Part shown: one piece after another, positions 30,469-37,900 of the stretch
How the letters are laid out: each line of letters begins with the position of its first letter
How positions within the stretch are numbered: the first letter of the stretch is position 1
Assembly (NCBI GenBank): GCA_947565305.1
Contig: CANOFO010000002.1
Coordinates: 3,039-67,038, forward strand
Length of the DNA stretch: 64,000 nt
Origin: an uncultured Lachnospiraceae bacterium
GTDB lineage: Bacteria; Bacillota; Clostridia; Lachnospirales; Lachnospiraceae
Direction: 5' to 3'
The notes under the pieces: model-generated
Told to the model about the DNA's origin: nothing
Databases searched by the model: none
Seen by the model: only the letters and a program-made list of their open reading frames with translations
Translations under genes and position numbers: made by a program

Positions 30469-31854
30469 CTATTTGCATTTCTCCTGCCACAGTCCTTCCA
30501 GGCGTTCTTCCATAATCTCTTCACTGAAATTTTGCTCATAAATCGCTCTCGCACACCTTCCTATACTATTTAGCTTATCCTTGTGTTTAACAATCCACTT
30601 TATTTGTTCTGAAAGTTCCATTTCATCCCCAAAAACAAAACCATTTTGCCCTGATTTAACAAATTCCACTTGTCCAACATTTTCGGACAAAATGCAAACC
30701 TTACCATACATCATCGCCTGAGTAACAACTACAGGCATGGGATCGTCTCTGGACGGACAGACTAAAACATCAATTTCCTTATATTTCGCCGCCAGTTCTT
30801 CCTGAGATACTTCACCTTCAACCCTTACATATTTCACTTGCTTTATCAGCGGCTTTAGTCCCTCCCAATATTCCTTTTCTGCCTCTATTGCTGTCCCAAT
30901 TATCAATATTTCTATTTTTTCCTGATACTCCAAAGGCAGTTTTAAAATCACCTTTAATAAGGTATCCTGTGCTTTTCTATTACTAATAGCGCCTATCATG
31001 CCAAACGTCACTCTTTCACGCACTGACATCTGGCTTTCATCCGCAAGCAAATCCTCTTCCGGAATACAATATTGCAGCACCTGTGCATTTTTCTCTTTAC
31101 AATGTGCCAGAAATGCTCTTCTGGCATATTCACCTCCACAGAATACAGATACGTTTTTCCCACAATCCAAAACTTCTGCCTCCTGATATCCGCAATCTGC
31201 CTCATGAATCCACCAAATGACAGGCGTTTTCAAATCCTTGTAGCTTTCAAGCAATCCTTTCAGCCCGAAAGTACACATTATAACTAAATCAAATTGCCTG
31301 ATATATTCCTTTTGTATATCACCTTCCACAAATATCCAGTTAGGCACATAGTCTATATGGTTTATCTCCAATTCTTTTCTCAGAGGACCATCACTCATTC
31401 CGGCATATAACACTGAAATTCCCATCTTCTTCATTACCTTCGCCATGTTCATCAATGCTATCGGAGCCCCCGTATAAGATAATTCATGAGAAATCAATAA
31501 CGCCCTTTTATTATCATCTTTGAGCCAATCGCTAAACATACACTTATTGCCGTCACTGTATATCCAAACTGGTTTCTTAGTTATATTTCCAAGCTGCAGA
31601 TAATTAAGAATCATATTTTCTGGAATGCCCAATCCTGTCAGCTGATGTTTCATCTCATCATAAAATTTACTCAGCACCAATATCACATCAACATCCGTAG
31701 CCTTTAACTGACTTGGCAATATAATCTTAATTCCATCAATAGTTGTTCCAGCTTTCTTGACATTATTATCTAAAAAGTATACTACCTGTTTTTTGTCTAT
31801 ATATTTCCAATAACGGTAAAATATTCTCCCCGTTCCAAAAATAGCAACCCTCAT
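30469..31854 (-). CDS. GT4 glycosyltransferase with N-terminal Rossmann-like module
   Basis: IFGTG; SHELSYTGAP, WWIHE, RKAQD, CPSRDDPMPVVVTQAM. Confidence 0.87.
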   Translation of the reverse strand: MRVAIFGTGRIFYRYWKYIDKKQVVYFLDNNVKKAGTTIDGIKIILPSQLKATDVDVILVLSKFYDEMKHQLTGLGIPENMILNYLQLGNITKKPVWIYSDGNKCMFSDWLKDDNKRALLISHELSYTGAPIALMNMAKVMKKMGISVLYAGMSDGPLRKELEINHIDYVPNWIFVEGDIQKEYIRQFDLVIMCTFGLKGLLESYKDLKTPVIWWIHEADCGYQEAEVLDCGKNVSVFCGGEYARRAFLAHCKEKNAQVLQYCIPEEDLLADESQMSVRERVTFGMIGAISNRKAQDTLLKVILKLPLEYQEKIEILIIGTAIEAEKEYWEGLKPLIKQVKYVRVEGEVSQEELAAKYKEIDVLVCPSRDDPMPVVVTQAMMYGKVCILSENVGQVEFVKSGQNGFVFGDEMELSEQIKWIVKHKDKLNSIGRCARAIYEQNFSEEIMEERLEGLWQEKCK

Positions 31855-31875
31855 CCATAAACCTCCAAATTCATT

Positions 31876-33033
31876 TTAATAATTTCCGTCTAATATATAA
31901 TCCTCCAGTGCCGCATGGTTCCCGGCTGTCGCCCAAGGAAAATCTTCCATTTGCGCCATATTGCAATACCGACATGCCGGTATCGGTTTTGCCAGCAATT
32001 CCATGGCATTCCATACGTTGAAATCCGCTTTATGGATATCGAAGTAATCCTTTCCTTCCTGCAGCTGATACCCGGTATGGAACTGATGATTCATTTTATC
32101 AAATGCAATCACGCCGGAACACATCGCCAACTTTCCCCGATACAATTCATGGCAAGAGGAAGTGAAGCAATGCTGGAAATTATATGCCCCATCATTGCTG
32201 TCTGAGAGGGAATAAAATTTAGAGAAATCGCTGCGCTCTAAAAAGCAATAGGGGATCTCTTCCCGGCGCAGGACAGATTCTATCTCCTGCTGCATCCGAT
32301 ACACCGGCTCATAACCCGAAATATGGATGACAACCCGCAAATCCCGAAACAGCTGATACATCTCCTGTGCTAATCTGGGCAGGAGCAAGCCATTGGTGCA
32401 TACATCGATTTCGGAATCCTCAAACAGTTCCCTTGCAGCTCTTAATATCTCTGCCAGTTCCTGATGCAGCAGAGGTTCCCCGCCCAAAATCCGAATCCAG
32501 GGGATGTCCTCAAACAGTTCTCTCATACGCGCCAAATCCCTGATAACCGTTTTCGCTGGAATCTCTGTACGGTCACCGGCAGGATTGCACAAAAACAGAC
32601 AGCCCTTACAGTTGAGGTTGCAGTCATTGGTGATGGGCAATTCCACATAAGGTAATGTAGGTTTGCTGTCTGAAAACCGGATTTTGCGAATCCGCTGCGG
32701 CAAAAATTCACCTTTATCCAGCAATGGCATATGTTTCTTACCCGGAACATCATGGAGCATATATATATTGGAAATGTGATGTCTTTGCAGAAATTCCACC
32801 ATCTCACAGACAGCTTTCTGCCTTCCCGCCGCAATCACAACCATATCGGTCTGCTCTTTATATTTCTCCATATATTCCTCAGGACGATATACCGGAATAT
32901 TTCTAATCTGCCTTTGCTGTGCATTTGCATCCAGAAATCCTTGCACGATTACATCAGGCTTCTTCTGCAGCAATTCCTCCAACAGCCATTCCCCGGCTTT
33001 CCCCGCCCCATATATCGCTAATTTTTTTGCCAT
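31876..33033 (-). CDS. Radical SAM protein with N-terminal Rossmann-like module and C-terminal auxiliary Cys cluster
   Basis: IYGAGKAG; CNLNCKGC; LGGEPLLH; TNG; C....C...GKLAMC...CRYC. Confidence 0.88.
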   Translation of the reverse strand: MAKKLAIYGAGKAGEWLLEELLQKKPDVIVQGFLDANAQQRQIRNIPVYRPEEYMEKYKEQTDMVVIAAGRQKAVCEMVEFLQRHHISNIYMLHDVPGKKHMPLLDKGEFLPQRIRKIRFSDSKPTLPYVELPITNDCNLNCKGCLFLCNPAGDRTEIPAKTVIRDLARMRELFEDIPWIRILGGEPLLHQELAEILRAARELFEDSEIDVCTNGLLLPRLAQEMYQLFRDLRVVIHISGYEPVYRMQQEIESVLRREEIPYCFLERSDFSKFYSLSDSNDGAYNFQHCFTSSCHELYRGKLAMCSGVIAFDKMNHQFHTGYQLQEGKDYFDIHKADFNVWNAMELLAKPIPACRYCNMAQMEDFPWATAGNHAALEDYILDGNY

Positions 33034-33072
33034 CGCCAAACTCCTTTATCCTAAAATCACTTCCTGTACCCA

Positions 33073-34227
33073 TCAGCGCTTCTCCTGGGCTGCCGGTTTT
33101 CCTGTTACCGGGTTGTCCATATAAAACCCACGGCAGTGCCTACACAGATTGGTGTAACCCTTGTCATTATATCCCAGACGGAACTCTACCAGTTCTTTCT
33201 TACGCTCGGGTGCAAAACTCCTGAGGTCAAAGACCTCCTCTTTCTGCTGCTCATTGATTCCAGCCACCGTCGCATAACCGTCATAATTGCAGCTATATAA
33301 TTTACCGTCCCTCAACTCCTGCCAGGTCTGGGCACAATTATCAAAGTGTGTGGTCAGCTGCTCCTCCGTCCACATGCTGTGGTCTGTCACTGTAGGCGCC
33401 AGGTCAATCCACGCCTCTGCTTTATTTATCTCATACTTAATATGATACTTTTCTAACTTTTTAATCAGCCGCGCAAAATCCTCTTTGGAATCTGGCACCG
33501 CCTCACGGTAATCATCCACCGTTATCTCAAAATCAATCCCTGACAGACGCTGCAGCAATTCATCCTTAGGCACAACCGTGCCGTTAGTCACTGTGCGCAA
33601 GGTCAATATCTGATGTCGGTATTTTGTACCGAGATACTCTATCACCTCAGCAAAATGCGGATACAAAAACGGTTCGCCTCCGCTGACATGGAAAAGCATC
33701 ACATAATCCACACAGTTGAAAAACAAATCAATATCTGCCTTGACCTGCTCTATACTTCTGACATCCGGCTTTGCAGCATAAGGGTTAAAGTTCAGGCACA
33801 GTTCACAATTGAGGTTACAGGCTGTACTGGGCAGCATGGAAATATTGGTAAAATATACTTTATCGTATTTATAGACGTACCATGCAGACATGAATGGTTC
33901 AATCTTAAAGTAATCTTCTTCCTCCACATAACCTGCTTCCTGCAGCTGTTTCACCACTGCGCTCCTGGAAAACTGGGAAACTGCCAAAATAATGCCGATA
34001 TTCCTGTCCCATTTTATATCCTGAAGTTTATAAATCATCTGATTGTAGAGTTCCTGCCCTTGCTTGCGAGAATTATTGTCAATAAATCCGGCTACCGAAA
34101 TCTCATCTTTCATTATCTGATACAGCTGCCTCCCATAATCCCCCGCACCAAAAATATAAAACAGGTCTTTCTCCTGCATTTTACGGTAGACATGGTCCAG
34201 TTCATGCCCCTTTTTCATCCACTTCAT
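33073..34227 (-). CDS. Radical SAM protein with N-terminal Rossmann-like module and C-terminal auxiliary Cys cluster
   Basis: IFGAGDYG; CNLNCELC; SGGEPF; VTNG; GKLYSC...CRHC. Confidence 0.88.
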   Translation of the reverse strand: MKWMKKGHELDHVYRKMQEKDLFYIFGAGDYGRQLYQIMKDEISVAGFIDNNSRKQGQELYNQMIYKLQDIKWDRNIGIILAVSQFSRSAVVKQLQEAGYVEEEDYFKIEPFMSAWYVYKYDKVYFTNISMLPSTACNLNCELCLNFNPYAAKPDVRSIEQVKADIDLFFNCVDYVMLFHVSGGEPFLYPHFAEVIEYLGTKYRHQILTLRTVTNGTVVPKDELLQRLSGIDFEITVDDYREAVPDSKEDFARLIKKLEKYHIKYEINKAEAWIDLAPTVTDHSMWTEEQLTTHFDNCAQTWQELRDGKLYSCNYDGYATVAGINEQQKEEVFDLRSFAPERKKELVEFRLGYNDKGYTNLCRHCRGFYMDNPVTGKPAAQEKR

Positions 34228-34283
34228 CTATCTGCTCCGTTCTTTACCATAATCTCTACCAATTTACAGTAACATTCAATAAG

Positions 34284-34326
34284 AAAAAATAGTCCATGGC
34301 AGAAATAAACCTTCCCTACCATGAAC
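34284..34326 (-). terminator. Intrinsic terminator closing the short sigma28 transcript
   Basis: GTTCATGGTAGGG...TTCTGCCATGGAC stem (with G-U pairs) followed by TATTTTTT. Confidence 0.72.
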
Positions 34327-34401
34327 AATTCCCATAAGCTATTTGTTATACATATTCTCCTACATCCTTGTATTTCATTTATCATCCATGATATTATTTT
34401 C
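34284..34401 (-). ncRNA. Candidate CsrA-binding small RNA or regulatory leader (~120 nt)
   Basis: Lies between a sigma28 promoter and a terminator; hairpins TATCA-TGGA-TGATA and TACA-AGGA-TGTA; six GGA motifs; only a 4-codon ORF (MYNK). Confidence 0.5.
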
Positions 34402-34408
34402 TCTTATT

Positions 34409-34435
34409 ATATCGGTATTTTTTTCAGATTCCTTA
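34409..34435 (-). promoter_or_regulatory. Sigma28 (SigD/FliA)-type promoter TAAG-15-ACCGATAT
   Basis: Close to the consensus TAAA-N15-GCCGATAT. Confidence 0.72.
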
Positions 34436-34486
34436 CCTTTTTATCCATTGCCCTGTGAAACGGCGGAACATTTGTCATAGAAACAC

Positions 34487-34520
34487 AAAACACCCCAGAA
34501 CTGCCACTCTGGGGTGTTTT
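34487..34520. terminator. Bidirectional intrinsic terminator
   Basis: Perfect 13-bp inverted repeat AAAACACCCCAGA / TCTGGGGTGTTTT with an 8-nt loop. Confidence 0.85.
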
Positions 34521-34536
34521 ATTCCAATTACGGCTA

Positions 34537-34665
34537 TCACTGCTCAAACCCATTAAAATCAATCCACATATCCTCATAAATACCAGCCTTGACCTTATCC
34601 TGAAACGTGCATTGTCCAAACTGGAATTTTTCCTGTTCCAGATGATATACAAGAAAATTCTCATT
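34537..34665 (-). pseudogene. C-terminal remnant resembling a Uma2-family endonuclease
   Basis: Translated by hand: NENFLVYHLEQEKFQFGQCTFQDKVKAGIYEDMWIDFNGFEQ*; no start or RBS. Confidence 0.55.
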
Positions 34666-34666
34666 C

Positions 34667-34995
34667 CTACCCTACGCCCTGCCAAGTCGCATTGAAAAGC
34701 TGCCTGATAAACCCTGCCATTAAATCCCAGAAACCATTTACAGAGGCTTCCTGCATGGGTGTGTCATATTCATCAAGCAGAATAATTACTTTCTTGTTAT
34801 GATAACGGCTTAAGAACTCAGAGAGCATGTGTAGTGCAAAGGCGGTATCTGCTTCATCCATGTTCTTCGAAATCCGGTCAAAATACTCCTTCGCCTGACA
34901 GCTCAGTATATCGCCATCTTCCACCATTCCTTGATAAATTTTGTTTTATCTACATAAAAATAATTATTTGCTATAACCGTCCCAAAGTCCTGTTT
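34667..34995 (-). pseudogene. Remnant of an AAA-ATPase-like/PD-(D/E)XK (PDDEXK_9-associated) gene
   Basis: QDF...NNYFYVDKTKFIKEWW, then in another frame KKVIILLDEYDTPMQEA..NGFW; internally deleted and truncated. Confidence 0.75.
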
Positions 34996-36328
34996 ATCCC
35001 CGGGCATTCTGCCAGGCTTCCATAATCCCCGCCAATGCAACAGACTCATCCGCCCGCAGCTTATGCTCCTTTTTGTCATTGCCATTGATGGCAGCCACAA
35101 AATCACTGATTTCATAGCGCAGCCCATCCCCAAGGAATTTGTAGAAGAATTTCTCATTCTGCTCTGGATTCTCAAAACGGACTTCGATTTCCCGGGTTTT
35201 CCACCAGGGAGCCGGCACAAAAATATAACCCTTAGTCCCTGAGATAATAAGCTCTCCCTCTGATTTCACGCCAAGCCCTGCCTTGGCTGTCGCCAGGCTG
35301 TTCTTATATCGGAAATACGCCTTGGTATATAAATCAATCCCACTCTCGTCCCGAATGGATTCAAACCGCAAATCCGTGTAATCCGTTCCCAGCAGTTTCA
35401 CAATTGCCAGCAGCGGATAACTTGCAAGCTCCAGGAAGCTGCCGCCAAATTCCCTGTCCGTCAATTCCCGGCTGTCCGGTGATTCAAGCTTCGTAAACGC
35501 TGCCTCCACATCACGGATTGCGCCAATCACACCGCTTCTGGCAATTCCCAGAAGCTGGTAAAACCCCGGGCAGTAGGCTGTCTTAATCGCTTCCATCAGA
35601 ACAAGCCCCTTCGCCGCTGCCATTGTATGCAATTCCTCCGCTTCCTGTTCTGTTAATGCCATAGGCTTCTCACAAAGCACATGTTTCCCGCATTCCAGTG
35701 CCTGCCGGATATACGAAACGTGCGTCTCATGCGGCGATGCGATATAGACAGCGTCAACCTGCCCTAAGAACTCCTCTGTCTGGTCTGTGCCGAATTTCAA
35801 TCCAAACCGTTCCTTATAATTTATCGCGCTGTCCAGATGTGGGTTATAGACACCCTCCACATTGACGCCGCTGACATATTTCGCCTCGGGGTAAAACCGC
35901 TGTGCTATCCGTCCCGTTCCAATCACCCCAAGACGGAGGATATTAAATTTCCTGGCACGCAACATAGTGCTGGACACATTTTTCGTACGTTCCAGATAAA
36001 CAACCTCACAGTAATCTTTCAGCCAGTCAAAAGAACCGACCCAGTCAGAACCGACAGTAAATACATCTACCTGGTATTTCTGAATATCCTCCAGTTTTTG
36101 CCCTATATGGTCCTCTATGACAATTTCATCTGCAAACCCAGTCTCCTTGACATTCCTTATGCGCTCCATCAGGGAATCCATGACGTTCAGCTTCCCACGG
36201 TACTCATCGTACTGCTCTGTGGTGACCCCCACAATCAGATAGTCACCGAGTTCTCGCGCCCGCTTAAGGAGCTGGTAATGTCCCTCATGGAACAAGTCAA
36301 AGGAACCATACGTTATCACTTTTCTCAT
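34994..36328 (-). CDS. TagD-like cytidylyltransferase fused to a Gfo/Idh/MocA oxidoreductase
   Basis: TYGSFDLFHEGH, VGSDW, RTKNVSST; then IGTGRIA, YIASPHETH, HVLCEKP. Confidence 0.88.
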   Translation of the reverse strand: MRKVITYGSFDLFHEGHYQLLKRARELGDYLIVGVTTEQYDEYRGKLNVMDSLMERIRNVKETGFADEIVIEDHIGQKLEDIQKYQVDVFTVGSDWVGSFDWLKDYCEVVYLERTKNVSSTMLRARKFNILRLGVIGTGRIAQRFYPEAKYVSGVNVEGVYNPHLDSAINYKERFGLKFGTDQTEEFLGQVDAVYIASPHETHVSYIRQALECGKHVLCEKPMALTEQEAEELHTMAAAKGLVLMEAIKTAYCPGFYQLLGIARSGVIGAIRDVEAAFTKLESPDSRELTDREFGGSFLELASYPLLAIVKLLGTDYTDLRFESIRDESGIDLYTKAYFRYKNSLATAKAGLGVKSEGELIISGTKGYIFVPAPWWKTREIEVRFENPEQNEKFFYKFLGDGLRYEISDFVAAINGNDKKEHKLRADESVALAGIMEAWQNARG

Positions 36329-36380
36329 ACTATTATCCTCTGCATACTAATATTCTGTATCTACGCTAACACTGATTAAA

Positions 36381-37202
36381 TCAGAGTTTCCCTAGTTTCA
36401 GCTGCGATACCGGATGGACCTTGCGCTGGCTCTCCGGCGGCAGCTCCTTATAATTTCCAAATTTAAAGCTGAGGTACGAATCGTAGTCGCGGATTCCCTC
36501 AAACACAACGCCCTCAAATTCCACCGGGCTGCTGGTCTCATACCAACAGCGGTAATAGCCGTATTCACTGTTGGGCGTGGGAAACATCAGTATCCTGACC
36601 ATCCTTCCCCCTATACGGCTGCTCCTGCGTATGAGTTTATGGTAATAGGAAAAAACCTTCTTTTCCGGTATCTTATCCAACAGCGCATACCAGCCGCGCA
36701 GCAGCGGATTCCTGTCTGCAATTTTTCCGACCCGCGCCCACAGGATTTTCCGCAGACAGAAGCACTCAAAATTATGCATACTCCTCAGGAGGTAATTATC
36801 AGGGACGCCATCCAAAGGAAAAATGTCGATAAACACGCCCTGCTCATAAGGCATATGCTCCTGATTTTTGCGCAGGAAAACCGTGCCTTTCCGGCGCAGC
36901 TTTCCATACCCCCAACGGTAGCCTTTGGTGGCACGGTGGTCCTGAAAATAAAACTTCTCATGGTTAAGTTCCGTCTTACATGCCTTACGGAATTTCTCAT
37001 ACTCGGACCGAAGAAGCGCCACATCCGCATCATCGTCCCAGGGGATATATCCCCCATGGCGCACAGCGCCTAAGAGCGTCCCTGCAATAATATTATAGCG
37101 AATCCCACACTTTTTGCAAATTCGGTCTGTTTCCTGCAGCAGCTCCAGCTGTATCATCTGAACTCGTCTCAATTCCTCTTTCGATAGCTCATAATTTTCC
37201 AT
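36381..37202 (-). CDS. licD: LicD-family phosphotransferase
   Basis: AGTLLGAVRHGGYIPWDDDAD, IDIFPLD, YLSFKFGNY..LPP. Confidence 0.9.
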   Translation of the reverse strand: MENYELSKEELRRVQMIQLELLQETDRICKKCGIRYNIIAGTLLGAVRHGGYIPWDDDADVALLRSEYEKFRKACKTELNHEKFYFQDHRATKGYRWGYGKLRRKGTVFLRKNQEHMPYEQGVFIDIFPLDGVPDNYLLRSMHNFECFCLRKILWARVGKIADRNPLLRGWYALLDKIPEKKVFSYYHKLIRRSSRIGGRMVRILMFPTPNSEYGYYRCWYETSSPVEFEGVVFEGIRDYDSYLSFKFGNYKELPPESQRKVHPVSQLKLGKL

Positions 37203-37336
37203 AATCTCCTCCTGCCATACATAACATTAAGCACAGATTGATGTACAATTCTTTTCCTACTGATATTAAAAATGCTCCAGAATTACTTTCCTTTCTGGAA
37301 AAGCAATCCTGAAACATCTCATTCTGTCGCCAGTCC

Positions 37337-37702
37337 TTATGCCAGAGCTTTCTCAATATATCCGTCTAATTTCTCAACAAACGGCAGCAGCAGTTCTTCC
37401 ATAAGCTTCGCCAGTTTGCTGTCATCTTTCGATGTATAAGCTTCATTAATCTGCACAACAATTTCATTTAAGGAGTCTTTCGATACCTGCTCTTCTTTCT
37501 CATTCAGGAGTTCCATTGTGCCGTTTATAACCTGAAGTTCCCAGTTAATGCCCTTAAAAATATAATCAAGGTACTCCTGCGTATCCTCTTTCCTCTCTCC
37601 TGTTATCTCTGGAATAACTTCCTTTAATGCTTTCAGAACTTTGGGATTATAGTCCTTTAACGCCTCCAAAGCCTCCACTTGCTCTTTACGATTATCTTCC
37701 AT
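37337..37702 (-). CDS. Small acidic helical protein of the type seen near clostridial flagellin glycosylation genes
   Basis: 121 aa, helical character, own sigma28-like promoter and RBS; the family association is from memory. Confidence 0.7.
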   Translation of the reverse strand: MEDNRKEQVEALEALKDYNPKVLKALKEVIPEITGERKEDTQEYLDYIFKGINWELQVINGTMELLNEKEEQVSKDSLNEIVVQINEAYTSKDDSKLAKLMEELLLPFVEKLDGYIEKALA

Positions 37703-37746
37703 GATATCCTCGTCCTTTCTTGTATAATAAAAACACTCTAATATAT

Positions 37747-37774
37747 ATATCGTTAAACAACCTGTTTTTCCTTA
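37747..37774 (-). promoter_or_regulatory. Sigma28-type promoter TAAG-16-AACGATAT
   Basis: Similar boxes to 34409-34435; 45 nt upstream of the 37702 start. Confidence 0.6.
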
Positions 37775-37900
37775 GATAATTTTATAAATTCCCCAATGCT
37801 TTTTCAAATATTCCGCAGGAATATGTCAAATTTGAGTTTTCTCATTTTGTATAATAACTGATATTTAGTACCAACAGGTCTTGCTGCGAATTACAAAATA

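Noticed and set aside
34407-34685. 92-aa minus-strand ORF
   Set aside because: Crosses a terminator and a promoter; the homologous Uma2-like fragment is in another frame.
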